NCBI GenBank assembly: GCA_046594105.1
Contig: JBKJQB010000024.1
Coordinates: 1 to 63,568, forward strand
Direction of reading: 5' to 3'
Length of the DNA: 63,568 nt
Source: Thermoanaerobaculia bacterium
Lineage (GTDB): Bacteria > Acidobacteriota > Thermoanaerobaculia > Gp7-AA8
The position numbers and the translations under genes are program-made. Positions 44,796-55,339 of this stretch are shown piece after piece. The notes under the pieces were generated by a model that worked only from the letters and a program-made list of their open reading frames with translations, was not told the DNA's origin and did no database searches. The number at the start of each line of letters is the position of its first letter. Within the stretch, counting starts at the first letter, position 1.

Positions 44796-45302
44796 TCAGA
44801 TTTTCCGGGAGTCGTAGGCCCAATGCAGCAGCGCCTGCCGCTGGCGGCGGCGGCACCCCAGGTCGCCGCGCATGCAGCCGGCCCGCACCTGCGCGATGTG
44901 GCGGGTCATGGCGCGCCACCGTCCGATCTGCCGCTGGTCATCCTCCATCCGGCGCCCCATGTAATAGCGGCAATACCACTGAAACCAGCCGCGCGGGTCG
45001 TCCTGGTGGATCCAGCCTTTCCTCCGCCACTCGGCGAGCGGCTGCGAGGCGTTGACGCCGAAGAAATTCAGCGAAGCATCGTGACGCTCGTGGCACAGCC
45101 GGGCCTTGCGAAACCACGAGGCTGGAAACTCGTCCTGACAATCGGTCAGGTAGCGCCCGCCGAAAACGCCGAGCGCGAGCATCTCCGCGGGGGTGAGCTG
45201 CGGCTGAAACTCCGGGTCGAAATGGCGGCCCACCGGCTCCACCAGGCGATACTCGTAGCCCCGCTGCATGAGGTCATTGACCAGGACGCGTTTCGTTCGC
45301 AT
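44796..45302 (-). CDS. Conserved hypothetical protein (GWFQWYCRY motif)
   Basis: LTPAEML.LGVFGG.Y, DPRGWFQWYCRYYMGRR, RQALLHWAYD; aromatic-rich and well-formed. Confidence 0.75.
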   Translation of the reverse strand: MRTKRVLVNDLMQRGYEYRLVEPVGRHFDPEFQPQLTPAEMLALGVFGGRYLTDCQDEFPASWFRKARLCHERHDASLNFFGVNASQPLAEWRRKGWIHQDDPRGWFQWYCRYYMGRRMEDDQRQIGRWRAMTRHIAQVRAGCMRGDLGCRRRQRQALLHWAYDSRKI

Positions 45303-45312
45303 AACCCAGAGC

Positions 45313-45885
45313 TCAGCGCTCCGCCGCCACCGAGGGAACCGCGCCGCTTCCGCGGTGGAAGTGCTCGGTGGTCTCGGCGAGGATCACTCCCAGCTTGCTG
45401 ATGATCACGCGGTTGATCATCACCTCGCTCCCCTCCTGCAGGTACATCCAGTGGTTCATGTGGACTCGCGTGAAGGGATTGTGAGGGGTGAGGGCGAGCA
45501 TGTACTCCCAGTGAAAGGTATTTCCGTATGCTTCTCCCGACGCCACGCCTTCGACGTCCGGCGCGGTCGCCTGGTAGTGATGTTCGTCCATTCGCTTGAT
45601 CCGCCAGATCCGCTGCTGTTTCCGGCCGTCTTCGAATGTGAAGTCCTGGGTGATGACCAAGCTGTCACCCTCTCGACGTCCCATCATCTCAGTCCGAAAT
45701 CGGCTCCTGGGATTTCCGCGCCGGGACTCCATCACCCCCCACGAGCGGGTGGGTCCTTCGAAATACTTCTCCGGCTCGAAGCGGGGCGAGGACCGATCGA
45801 AGGCCTGCGGCGCCATGCTCGAACAACCGGCAACGAGAAGGAGAGCGGAGAGAAGGAGAGCGGGGACTCCAGGGCGACGGATCAT
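45313..45885 (-). CDS. DUF3833 family lipoprotein
   Basis: Lipobox VAGC, F.PEKYFEG..RSWG, E.F.FEDG..QQR.W, MINR..ISKLGV. Confidence 0.82.
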   Translation of the reverse strand: MIRRPGVPALLLSALLLVAGCSSMAPQAFDRSSPRFEPEKYFEGPTRSWGVMESRRGNPRSRFRTEMMGRREGDSLVITQDFTFEDGRKQQRIWRIKRMDEHHYQATAPDVEGVASGEAYGNTFHWEYMLALTPHNPFTRVHMNHWMYLQEGSEVMINRVIISKLGVILAETTEHFHRGSGAVPSVAAER

Positions 45886-46005
45886 CGGCAGACCACTATT
45901 GCCGGGTGCATGCCCGAACCGACTTTCCTGTGGGAAAAGTCTGAACACAAAGAAAAGAGCCGGCACGTCGTAGCGCCGGCTCTCTCTCTCATCGAGCTCC
46001 AGTCT

Positions 46006-48825
46006 TTAAAACCCGTTCAGGTCGAATCCGCCGCATGCGCTTCCTGCCGGCTTCAGGTAGCTGCGCATCTTTCCCGTCAACGTATCGACGACTTTGAGTG
46101 TGTACTCAAAGTCCGTCAAGCCGCCGTAGAAGAGCCAGAAGTGACCGTCCAGCGTCCGCGCGTCGACCATCTTCACAAAGACCTCGAGGTTGTCGGGGTC
46201 TCCGGTCAAGCCGACCAGGTTGTAGAAGCCAAAGGCATTGTCCTTTGACAGCGACACGCCCGGCGCGGTCTTCGAGGTGCGGGGATCGCGCGCGCTCAGC
46301 GTAAGCTGGAAGCGCCCGTTGAGCATGCAGAGCTCCGAGCTGTTCCCCGCGCAGCTTCGGGGACTGACCTGCGTCTGCGTGACCGGTCCAACCGGGCAAT
46401 CATTGCCGGTGGGAAGCTGGCCGCTGCCGGTATCGTAACCGCCCTTCGCGCTGCCTGGATCCTTGTGGTAGGTGCTGAGGCGTCCGGTAAACGTATCGAA
46501 CACCGAGATGGTGTATTCAACATCCGTCAGTCCGCCGAAGAAGACCCAGTACCCGCCGTTGACTGGACCGAGGATCTTGACGAAGACCTCCGGGTTGTCG
46601 GCGTTGCCGGTCAGATCAGGCAGGCTGAAGTACCCAAAGACCGGCGTCTGCACGATGGCCACGCCGCCGGCCGTGCGGCCGGTGCGCTGATCGCGCGCGC
46701 TGAGGGTCACAGTGAAGCGGCTGCCGTTGAGCGCCAGCTGATTGCGCTGGGTCACCGTGATGACGCGCACGGCCACACTGCTCGAGGTCGCGCTGGAGGC
46801 AGTCATGTCGACCCGGTAGCTGCCGACAGCGGCGTAAGCATGGGTCGGGCTCTTCAGCGTCGACGAGCTGCCGTCGCCGAAGGACCACAGCCATGAGGTG
46901 GGGTTGCCGCTGGAACGGTCGCTGAAGCTGACCGCGTCTCCCGGATGAGGCGAGACCAGACTGGTGTCGAATGCCGCAGAGACGGGGGGACCGGCGGGCG
47001 ACGAGCTGGCCACGCTCACACCGTGGGTCACTGACGTGGATGACGACCCGTTGGAGACCGTCAACACGATGTTGTAGCTGCCCGCGGCGTTGTAAACATG
47101 GGTGGGATTAGCGGCCGACGACGACGTGCCATCACCAAAGGTCCAGGAGCGGGCGGTCACGCTGCCCGTGGACTGGTCCACGAAGGCGAAGACCGTCGAA
47201 CCGGCGACGCCGGAGCTGGGGGTCACGACGAACGCTGCGGTCAGAGGGCTGGCCTGCGTTCCCGTGAGCGCCGATGTCACGACGTTGGATGTGGCCGATT
47301 CCCCGCCTGCATTCACAGCAGTGACATAGAACTGATAGTTCACTCCACCGCTTAGACCGCTGATGTTGGCGCCGGTGGTATTCACTCCCAGCGGCGAGCT
47401 GCCCACTCGGGAGAAGGCCCCACCGGCGATGGCCGCATAGATCCAGAAACCAGTTTCGTTACTTGAGTTGTCGGCCCACTGCAGCGTGATGACCGTGGGG
47501 CTCGCCGTCGCCGTCAGACCGGAAGGCGCCGCCGGGGCGGGCGTCGTGGTGGGAGGCGGAGTGCTGGTCGTCCCGCTCGGATAGAGCCAGCGTGCGGCGA
47601 CCTGATCGTCGCCTCTGAGCGACGGCCCCAGGCCGGTGACCTGGAAGTACATCAGCGCCGTGCTGTCCGCGCTGTGACCAAATCCGAGCGTGTGGCCGAA
47701 TTCGTGAGCCACGATCTCCGCCAGCCGGGTGCTGGAGAGTCCATTCGCCGGGCTGACCCCGTCCTGAATGGTGAGGTTCCCCTCGATGATGTTGTAAGCC
47801 TGAAACGTGGTCTGGGGATGGGCGGCATCGACGGCGAATGGCGACGTCCACGCGAGCGGACCGTTCACCCCGTTGAAGCCACCCTGTCCGACCACACCGC
47901 CTGTCGACGGGTTGAAGCTCCCGGCAATCTCGCCGAGGGGATCGCTGAACAGGATCTCGTTGACGCCGTTCCGCCCGCCGAGGCCCGCCGGAGAGCCGCT
48001 TCCTGCTCCGGAGTAGACATAGTCGATCTTTGCCGCACTGTATCCATTCCATGAGCTCATGGCCGTGGAGATCTCGTTGACCCCACCGCCTGTGTATCCC
48101 GTCTGCGTTCCGTAGCTAAACCACTTCGCCGAGCTGCCGTTCTGGAAGGCGAACCAGCGATAGACGGTCCCTTCCTGGATCAGCGTGAAATTGGCATTGA
48201 TCGAATGCCCTCCGCTCTTCGGCATTGCAACCTGCCCTGCCAGCACCGGATTCTCGACCCCATAGTTCACGGCCATCGGCTTGTGTCCAGCCACCCGCGC
48301 GTGAATGAAGGACTCGAAGGCGCCCGCATCGCGCTGCACATTGTTCGACTGGATCGGTTCGAACTGCGCGTCGAGCAGAAGGGTGTCCGCGCCCGCATCA
48401 TCGCGAGTCCAAAGCCGCTGGCCGGCCATGGTGCGTCGCTCCGCAAACTTCCCGACAAACAGATCGATGGTCTGGTAATCGCCGCGAACGGTGGGCGTCA
48501 GGAAGGCGAGCACACGTTCTCCCGCAGCGTAAACCGGGCTGCCAAAAACCTTCGTGATCCGATTCTCGACCTGCCCCCCCACTTCGCGAATGGTGATTTC
48601 AGAGGAAGCCGACCCTTTCAAGGTCTGCTCGACGAGGAGACGCGTTTCGGTCCAGATGCCCCTCTCGCCCTCGATTGGCTGGGACGAGATGACCATCCCC
48701 GCTACGATGACGGGAGACTTGCTCACGAGTTGCTCGTCGGTCGGCAATACGATCGTGGTCGCCGAAGCAGCAACGGCGGCCAGAATCGCAACACAGGTCA
48801 ACCAGTACACTCGGATCGATTTCAT
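46006..48825 (-). CDS. Secreted metzincin (matrixin/M10-like) with FN3, two PKD domains and a tandem C-terminal repeat
   Basis: Signal peptide, HEFGHTLGFGH plus Met-turn ALMY, FN3 (LQWADNSSNE), PKD (WTFGDG, WSFGDG), two ~105-aa repeats. ATG 48825 has a GAGGA RBS. Confidence 0.88.
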   Translation of the reverse strand: MKSIRVYWLTCVAILAAVAASATTIVLPTDEQLVSKSPVIVAGMVISSQPIEGERGIWTETRLLVEQTLKGSASSEITIREVGGQVENRITKVFGSPVYAAGERVLAFLTPTVRGDYQTIDLFVGKFAERRTMAGQRLWTRDDAGADTLLLDAQFEPIQSNNVQRDAGAFESFIHARVAGHKPMAVNYGVENPVLAGQVAMPKSGGHSINANFTLIQEGTVYRWFAFQNGSSAKWFSYGTQTGYTGGGVNEISTAMSSWNGYSAAKIDYVYSGAGSGSPAGLGGRNGVNEILFSDPLGEIAGSFNPSTGGVVGQGGFNGVNGPLAWTSPFAVDAAHPQTTFQAYNIIEGNLTIQDGVSPANGLSSTRLAEIVAHEFGHTLGFGHSADSTALMYFQVTGLGPSLRGDDQVAARWLYPSGTTSTPPPTTTPAPAAPSGLTATASPTVITLQWADNSSNETGFWIYAAIAGGAFSRVGSSPLGVNTTGANISGLSGGVNYQFYVTAVNAGGESATSNVVTSALTGTQASPLTAAFVVTPSSGVAGSTVFAFVDQSTGSVTARSWTFGDGTSSSAANPTHVYNAAGSYNIVLTVSNGSSSTSVTHGVSVASSSPAGPPVSAAFDTSLVSPHPGDAVSFSDRSSGNPTSWLWSFGDGSSSTLKSPTHAYAAVGSYRVDMTASSATSSSVAVRVITVTQRNQLALNGSRFTVTLSARDQRTGRTAGGVAIVQTPVFGYFSLPDLTGNADNPEVFVKILGPVNGGYWVFFGGLTDVEYTISVFDTFTGRLSTYHKDPGSAKGGYDTGSGQLPTGNDCPVGPVTQTQVSPRSCAGNSSELCMLNGRFQLTLSARDPRTSKTAPGVSLSKDNAFGFYNLVGLTGDPDNLEVFVKMVDARTLDGHFWLFYGGLTDFEYTLKVVDTLTGKMRSYLKPAGSACGGFDLNGF

Positions 48826-49024
48826 GGGTTCCTCAGGGATGGGCAACATGGACTTCGCCCCTCGTACGCCGGCTGGTGAACGTCGGGGCGGTGCTGGAAA
48901 GCATGGTGGTGATTGTTATTCGCAATCAACCGAGGAGCCGTGGCGGCCATTCCAGGAGTTGCGCCCGGCCCGTGCGCGAAGAGCCATCATGCCCGAAGCG
49001 GGCGAACTGCCGCTGTGCCCCGGA

Positions 49025-49786
49025 TCACAGCCTCGGGACCAGCGCGATCAACTCCCGCAGATCCTGAATGGTCGCGTCGGGGACGATTTTCAGTCCATGC
49101 TCCACCGGAGGGGCCACCGCGGTTCCCCGCTTCGCCGGCTGGAAGAGGATCGCCTTCATTCCACAGCTCTGGGCGCCATGAACATCCGCGTACGGGTTGT
49201 CGCCGACGAAGGCGATCTCCTCGAACGGCAGGCCGAGGGCGGACCGCAGCGACTCGAAAATCGAGCGTTGCGGCTTGCAGGCGCCGTGTTCGTTCGAGAA
49301 CACCATCGCCTGAATCGAGTCGGCAAGCCCCAGCCCTCCCAGCACGTCGCGGAGAGCGGAACCGGGAGTGCGGCCGGTGTTGCTGATCAGACCGATCTGG
49401 TAACCGTGATCCCTGAGAGCCCTCAGGGTTTCCGCGGCGCCGTCCACCGTCGATGGCGGCAGCTCGACGGCTGCGGTGGCGTAGACCGCTTCGAGCGCAT
49501 CGAGAGCCTCGGGGGCAAAGGTCTGCGGATCCAGCTCCAGCGCTTCGAGAAAGTGCTCGATCTGCACGCGGCAGGCGATGTCCTGATCGCGCGACCAGTA
49601 GAGCTCCTGGCAACGGTGCCAGAGCGCGCGATACGCATGCTCGATCCGCTCGGCGGTCACCGGGAATCCGCGGTCGACGAGCACGCGCTCCATGCGATCG
49701 AGGCGGATCCGCTCTTGTTGACGAGACACATGCGGCGTGTCGGTGATGAGGGTTTCCCATAGGTCGAAGGCGATGGCTTTCAGCAT
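49025..49786 (-). CDS. HAD-superfamily hydrolase
   Basis: AIAFDLWETL (motif I), ISNTG, CKP, FVGDN..ADV.GA. Confidence 0.9.
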   Translation of the reverse strand: MLKAIAFDLWETLITDTPHVSRQQERIRLDRMERVLVDRGFPVTAERIEHAYRALWHRCQELYWSRDQDIACRVQIEHFLEALELDPQTFAPEALDALEAVYATAAVELPPSTVDGAAETLRALRDHGYQIGLISNTGRTPGSALRDVLGGLGLADSIQAMVFSNEHGACKPQRSIFESLRSALGLPFEEIAFVGDNPYADVHGAQSCGMKAILFQPAKRGTAVAPPVEHGLKIVPDATIQDLRELIALVPRL

Positions 49787-49793
49787 GGGAAAA

Positions 49794-50090
49794 TTACTGG
49801 AGCGGAACCCTGGCGCCGAAGCCTTCATCGTAGCCATGGAAGTACTGGAGAGACTCTTCCGGATAGTGCCAGCAGTAGTAGCCGCTGCCATTGTCGAAAT
49901 CGATGAGCCAGAGACCCTTGACCTCGATGCCCATGGCGATGAGTGTTTCCGCCCAGCGGGTGACCAGCCGTTCGTGATCCTCGGTGGCACCGTCGGGAAG
50001 GGCGTCGAGCTCCTCCACGGCCAACTGGGTCAGCTCCTGAACGCTGGGGAGCAATGCCGCTGCCTCTTCATAGGTAAACAGTTTTTTCAC
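49794..50090 (-). CDS. DUF2203 family protein
   Basis: FTYEEA..LLP, VKG..LIDF, YCWHYPE....FHG..EGF..R. GTG start inferred. Confidence 0.8.
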   Translation of the reverse strand: MKKLFTYEEAAALLPSVQELTQLAVEELDALPDGATEDHERLVTRWAETLIAMGIEVKGLWLIDFDNGSGYYCWHYPEESLQYFHGYDEGFGARVPLQ

Positions 50091-50255
50091 TTCGATCCCA
50101 CCTGGCGACTCCTGCGCGGATCCAGGGCGTCCGCTGCGGCCCCAGTGTCTCAAACCTCGAGGCGCATTGCGCATTCTGCATTCGAAAACCATTTGTGCTA
50201 AAACCCTCATGCATTTTCCGAGGGATTCTGCGAGTAGAGGATGGAGGACAAACCG

Positions 50256-50495
50256 ATGTCGGTTGAAGAAAGAGTCAAGGCAATCATCGTCGAGCAACTG
50301 GGCGTCGACGCTGACGAAGTCGCTCCGGATGCATCGTTCGTGGAGGACCTCGGCGCCGATTCCCTCGATACCGTTGAGCTGATCATGGCGTTCGAGGAAG
50401 AATTCGGCGTCGAGATCTCTGACGACGAAGCCGAGAAGATCCGCAAGGTCAAAGACGCTGTCGAGTACATCGACAAGCGCGCCAAAGCGTCCTGA
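50256..50495 (+). CDS. acpP: Acyl carrier protein
   Basis: [11 protein letters not shown] phosphopantetheine site; GGAGG RBS. Confidence 0.97.
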   Translation: MSVEERVKAIIVEQLGVDADEVAPDASFVEDLGADSLDTVELIMAFEEEFGVEISDDEAEKIRKVKDAVEYIDKRAKAS

Positions 50496-50535
50496 ATCAT
50501 CCCCGTGTGGAGACCGGCCAGCGGCGGGCACCGCA

Positions 50536-50551
50536 CCGGCCTTCGGGCCGG
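50536..50551 (+). other. cUUCGg tetraloop hairpin between acpP and fabF
   Basis: CCGGCC-TTCG-GGCCGG with no U-tract; possible mRNA stabiliser or partial terminator. Confidence 0.5.
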
Positions 50552-50608
50552 CCTCCACACCCGCACGGGAATGAGATCGCCGCCGCCCGTGTCCCCTCAC
50601 ACTGAACT

Positions 50609-51853
50609 ATGAAACCGCGCCGCGTCGTCGTTACCGGAATCGGCATGCTGTCTCCGCTGGGAGTCGGAAACGAGCCCACCTGGCAGGGCCTCATCGAGGG
50701 GCGGTCCGGCATCGATCGCATCACCAAGTTCGACGCCTCCGACTACAGCTGCCAGATCGCCGGGGAAGTGCGCGGCTTCGATCCTGAGCAGTGGATGGAA
50801 AAGAAGGAAGTCAAGAAGTCCGATACCTTCATCCACTACGCCATTGCGGCGGCGGAGATGGCGGTCCGGGATGCATCCCTGATCCACGACCAACTAGACG
50901 GCGAGCGCTTCGGAGTGATCATCGGCTCCGGAATCGGCGGCCTTCCCCTCATCGAGGAGATGCACAAGAAACTCCTCGAGCGCGGGCCCAGCCGCATCTC
51001 CCCCTTCTTCATTCCGGGACTGATCGTGAACATGGCCTCCGGTCTGATCTCCATCCGTTATGGATGCAAGGGGCCGAGCTCCGCCCCGGCGACGGCCTGC
51101 GCCACCGGCGCGCACGCCATCGGCGACGCATTCAAGTTGATCCAGCGCGACGCCGCCGACATCATGTTCGCCGGCGGCAGCGAGGCAGTGATCACCCCGC
51201 TGGCGGTGGGAGGCTTCGCCGCCATGCGTGCGCTCTCGACGCGCAACGATGATCCGCAGCATGCATCGCGCCCCTGGGACCTCAACCGCGACGGCTTCGT
51301 CATGGGTGAAGGAGCGGGCATCCTCATTCTCGAGGAGTTGGAGCACGCCAAAAAGCGCGGCGCGACGATTTACTGCGAGATCACCGGTTACGGCATGTCC
51401 AGCGATGCGTACCACATCACCTCCCCGGCCGAGGATGGCAGCGGCATGATGCGGGTGATGCGCCTGGCGCTGCGCGACGCGAACCTGCAGCCGGCGGCCA
51501 TCGACTACATCAATGCGCACGGGACCTCGACCTCCGTCGGCGACAAGACGGAGACCATCGCCATCAAGGGCGTCTTCGGCGAGGACGCAAAGACGGTGGC
51601 CATCAGCTCCACCAAGTCGATGACCGGTCACCTCCTCGGCGCTGCCGGCGGTCTGGAAGCCGCCATCGCCGCCATGACCATCAAGACCGGCATCATCCCC
51701 CCCACCATCAACTACCAGACACCCGATCCGGAATGCGATCTCGACTACGTTCCGAATACCGCGCGCAAGAAGACGATCCGCAACGTGCTGTCGAATTCCT
51801 TCGGCTTCGGAGGAACCAACGCCACGCTGGTTCTGTCCGCGATTCAGGACTGA
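50609..51853 (+). CDS. fabF: 3-oxoacyl-ACP synthase II
   Basis: [38 protein letters not shown]. Confidence 0.97.
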   Translation: MKPRRVVVTGIGMLSPLGVGNEPTWQGLIEGRSGIDRITKFDASDYSCQIAGEVRGFDPEQWMEKKEVKKSDTFIHYAIAAAEMAVRDASLIHDQLDGERFGVIIGSGIGGLPLIEEMHKKLLERGPSRISPFFIPGLIVNMASGLISIRYGCKGPSSAPATACATGAHAIGDAFKLIQRDAADIMFAGGSEAVITPLAVGGFAAMRALSTRNDDPQHASRPWDLNRDGFVMGEGAGILILEELEHAKKRGATIYCEITGYGMSSDAYHITSPAEDGSGMMRVMRLALRDANLQPAAIDYINAHGTSTSVGDKTETIAIKGVFGEDAKTVAISSTKSMTGHLLGAAGGLEAAIAAMTIKTGIIPPTINYQTPDPECDLDYVPNTARKKTIRNVLSNSFGFGGTNATLVLSAIQD

Positions 51854-51914
51854 TCGCCATGCCGGCCGCTCCGCTGCGCGATGAGGCGGATCCGATCCTG
51901 CCGCGCCGACTGCG

Positions 51915-52934
51915 ATGAGCACCTCAACCTTCCGCCCCGCCTGGTGGCTACGCGGCCCGCATGGCCAGACCATCTGGGGCAGCGTCACCAGGACCCGGCG
52001 CCGGGTCCGGCTTCGCCGCGAGACGCTGATCACCCCCGACGACGACGATCTGGTGCTCGATCACCTCGATGTCCCGAACCCACGCGAAGGATTTCGCTTC
52101 GTACTCCTGCACGGTCTGGAAGGCAGCACCTACTCCGTCTACATGCAGGGACTGCTGTCATCGATCGCCGAGCTGGGCTTTTCGGCGACCGCCGTGAACT
52201 TCCGCTCCTGCGCCCGCGACCCCATGCGCATCTTCCGCTCGCTACCGAATCGAAGGCCGCGCTTCTACCATTCCGGCGAGACCAGCGATTTCGACTTCGT
52301 CGTCCGCACGCTCCGAACGCGCGATCCGAAAACGCAGCTCCTGGGATGCGGAATCTCCCTCGGCGGCAACGTTCTGCTCAAGTGGCTCGGCGAACATCCC
52401 GGCTCGAACGGCGTCGTCGCTGCCGCCACTCTTTCCGTCCCTTACGATCTGGGCGCTGGCGCCGAGTACATGACCGGCGGAGGCGGCCCGTTTTACGTCG
52501 GGAGATTTCTCAAGTCCCTGCGCGGGAAGGCAGCGGAAGTGGTGCGCAGATTCCCGGAAGTGGCCACTCTCGTCGATCTGAACGCCGTGCGCACCGCGCG
52601 CACGTTTCGCGAATTCGACGATGCCGTCACCGGCCCTCTGCACGGGTTCACCGGCGCGGACGATTACTACACGCGGTCGAGCTCCATTCATTTTCTCCAT
52701 GGCATCACCGTTCCCACACTCTGCATCAGCGCGGAGGACGATCCCTTCCTTCCCCCCGAGGTCCTTGCGCTGGCACGATCGGTCGCATCGTCGTCGGTCG
52801 AGTTTCTGGTCACGCCGGTGGGAGGCCACACCGGTTTCGTCGGAGGACGGTTGCCATGGCGCTCAGAGTACTGGGCCGAAAAAGTGATGACGCGGTGGCT
52901 GGCCTCTCAAGCGGATCGGATCGAGAAGCGATGA
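51915..52934 (+). CDS. YheT-like alpha/beta hydrolase
   Basis: QTIW, LHGLEGS, GISLGG, DDPF, GGHTGF. Confidence 0.9.
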   Translation: MSTSTFRPAWWLRGPHGQTIWGSVTRTRRRVRLRRETLITPDDDDLVLDHLDVPNPREGFRFVLLHGLEGSTYSVYMQGLLSSIAELGFSATAVNFRSCARDPMRIFRSLPNRRPRFYHSGETSDFDFVVRTLRTRDPKTQLLGCGISLGGNVLLKWLGEHPGSNGVVAAATLSVPYDLGAGAEYMTGGGGPFYVGRFLKSLRGKAAEVVRRFPEVATLVDLNAVRTARTFREFDDAVTGPLHGFTGADDYYTRSSSIHFLHGITVPTLCISAEDDPFLPPEVLALARSVASSSVEFLVTPVGGHTGFVGGRLPWRSEYWAEKVMTRWLASQADRIEKR

Positions 52935-55330
52935 GCGTGCATAGAGAACGGCTGATTCGCCTGGGCGTCGCGTTCTGGGGCCTGGCCATCGCCATTGCGC
53001 TGCGTCCATGGTGGTCCGGGCCGGCACCGCCCGCACAGCTTCCCGGAATCATGACCTCCCTGGGACTTGATGCGTCCGCGGCGCCGCGTTTTGTGCTCGG
53101 ACTGATGCTCCTTCCCGTCATGGCCGCCGCGATGATGCGTCCGGTCAGTCGCCGGTTGTCCGCCCGCGATGTTCAGCCATGGGCGTGGGTCTCATTCAGT
53201 CTCTCCACCATCGCGGCGCTGTGGTTCGTGCTGATCGAACCGAGCCTGTCGTGGGTCCTGGCCATTCCGATGGCCATGCTCGTTCTAACCATGGCGCTCC
53301 GTCACTTCGACGCGCGCTTCGATCGGCATGACTGGATACTTTTTCCGGTGGCCGCGGCGATCGAGCTCGCCTTGCTCGACCTCACCGGGCAACCGGTTCA
53401 TCACGTAGCGGTCCTCGCCGTGGCCATCGTTCTGGCGCTCCGTCTGGTGGTGCGCGCGCTTCAGCGTACGGTCATCTCTCCCGGACTCTGTTTCACTCTG
53501 GCTCCTCTGGCCCTCCTCTTCCAGACCCACTTGCGCACCGAGCACCAGCGTCATGCTCCGTGGCCTCCGCTGCTGGTGGCCGTGCTCACACCGCTCCTGA
53601 TCGCGTTGCTCCGATGGAACTCCGCGCGCATGCAGCGGTCGCTCACGCTGCTCGTGAGCTGGTTCATCTATCCCATGGCCATCCTGGCGTACCTCAGCGC
53701 CACCAGCGTGCTGGCTACGGAGGGATTGCCGCGAGCCGATCTGTTCGAGGACGCCCATCATCTGGTGCCGGCATCGGAGATGCTGCGGGGCGAAACGCCG
53801 TATCGCGACATCATTCCCGCGCATGGCCTCATCCAGGACGCGCTGCTCGACTACGTCTCGTTGTCGACGGGCGCACCCTCGATGGGACGAGCGCTGACGT
53901 TCCGTTCGATGACGGCGAGCCTGTGCATCGTTGCCCAGTACGCGCTCGCCGCCGCGGCCACCGGGTCGGCAGCGGCCGGCCTGGGCGCAGCGATGCTGGT
54001 CGTGCTCCTGGGGACCACCGCGGCCACCGTTCGAGCCTTGCCCGCGCTGATCGCCGTCGCGCTCATCGCGCTGGCCGTCCGGCAACGCCGCCCGCGGGTT
54101 CTTCTGTTCGCGGGGGTGATGGTCGTGATCAGCATTCTCACCAGCCTGGACTTCGGCGCCTACGCAACCCTTTGCCTGCTCCTCGCTCTTCTTCGCTCCG
54201 GAATCCGGGGAGGAGAGGGTGCGCGCGCGATTCGCGCGCGTTCCTGGCGAAACGCGACGGCCGGGGCGGGAATCGCAGGAATCGCCGCCCTGATCATGAT
54301 GGCGTTCCGCGGCTTTGCCGGCGACTTTCTCCGCGCGACCCTTTTCGAGATTCCTTCGCTGCGAACGGTCTACGCCCTCGCACCCTTCGACGCTCCCGCG
54401 GCGCTGCAGGCGGTTCACAACGTCCCCGAAGTGCTGGCCATGCTGTTCGACAAATCTGCCTACCTCTATCTCGCGTGGGTGGGAGCGGCCCTCTTCGTCG
54501 CCGTGATGATCACCGCAGGCAGGCAAAAGAACGCTTCCGAACACGTTGCTGGTGTGCCGGTGCCGGATCCAACGGAGTCTGCTCCGGGTCCACTGGAAAA
54601 CAGCACAGCCATGAGTGTCTGGGCCATACCATCTCGCTTGGCCGAGGCCGCGCTGATCGTCGCCTTCTTCACCATGATCAGTGCGTTCTCGTACGCGGAA
54701 CGCCATCACACCTACTGGCAGTTCGGCATTCCGGCACTGCTCTCCATCACCCTCTTTGCGCTGATCAGCATTCGGACGCGGATGGCGAATGCGGCTGCCG
54801 GCCTGTTGACCCTCATCCTGCTCGTCACCGCCCAGCCCACCACCCACCTGGCCATCGCGGCATCGCTGCGTCGGACGCACGGGCCGCTCGATCCCGGCTG
54901 GCGAACGCTCGACCTGCCGCGTGCATACGGCGCCTTGTTTCGCGATCGCGACGTGCGGGTGGTCGACATCGTCGGCCGCTACACCGCCGCGCATCTCCAG
55001 CCTGGCGACACGTTCTTTGATTTCACCAATCGAGGCGGGCTTTATTTTCTCCTCGATCGCGATTGTCCCATCCGCCAGATCGAGGTTGCCTTCTACGAGC
55101 CGGTCGAGCGGCAGCGTGACGTGATCTCCCGCATCGAAGGGAATCCGCGGATCCGTTTCGCCCTGGTTCCTTCCGCGGGCGACGACTCTTCCGTGGACGG
55201 GATTCCGAACGCCACGCGCGCGCCGCTGGTCTGGGAGTACCTGCAACGGCACTTCAGCCCCGACCACGAAGAGGACGGGGTCACCTTCTGGCGGCGCAAC
55301 GCGGCTCAGCCAGCGGCCCTCTTGCGTTAG
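52931..55330 (+). CDS. Polytopic membrane protein, GT-C glycosyltransferase-like (799 aa)
   Basis: Many TM helices, loop DLFEDAHHL...LRGETPYRDIIPAHG, C-terminal soluble domain. The GT-C call is inference. Confidence 0.6.
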   Translation: MSVHRERLIRLGVAFWGLAIAIALRPWWSGPAPPAQLPGIMTSLGLDASAAPRFVLGLMLLPVMAAAMMRPVSRRLSARDVQPWAWVSFSLSTIAALWFVLIEPSLSWVLAIPMAMLVLTMALRHFDARFDRHDWILFPVAAAIELALLDLTGQPVHHVAVLAVAIVLALRLVVRALQRTVISPGLCFTLAPLALLFQTHLRTEHQRHAPWPPLLVAVLTPLLIALLRWNSARMQRSLTLLVSWFIYPMAILAYLSATSVLATEGLPRADLFEDAHHLVPASEMLRGETPYRDIIPAHGLIQDALLDYVSLSTGAPSMGRALTFRSMTASLCIVAQYALAAAATGSAAAGLGAAMLVVLLGTTAATVRALPALIAVALIALAVRQRRPRVLLFAGVMVVISILTSLDFGAYATLCLLLALLRSGIRGGEGARAIRARSWRNATAGAGIAGIAALIMMAFRGFAGDFLRATLFEIPSLRTVYALAPFDAPAALQAVHNVPEVLAMLFDKSAYLYLAWVGAALFVAVMITAGRQKNASEHVAGVPVPDPTESAPGPLENSTAMSVWAIPSRLAEAALIVAFFTMISAFSYAERHHTYWQFGIPALLSITLFALISIRTRMANAAAGLLTLILLVTAQPTTHLAIAASLRRTHGPLDPGWRTLDLPRAYGALFRDRDVRVVDIVGRYTAAHLQPGDTFFDFTNRGGLYFLLDRDCPIRQIEVAFYEPVERQRDVISRIEGNPRIRFALVPSAGDDSSVDGIPNATRAPLVWEYLQRHFSPDHEEDGVTFWRRNAAQPAALLR

Positions 55331-55339
55331 CATCGCCCT

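Noticed and set aside
45980-45990. (CT)n microsatellite after the protease stop
   Set aside because: Only 5-6 units, intergenic, and not in a promoter spacer.
51881-55330. Apparent 1149-aa membrane protein
   Set aside because: The first 350 codons are an alternate frame over the YheT-like hydrolase; the real start is ATG 52931 overlapping its stop.
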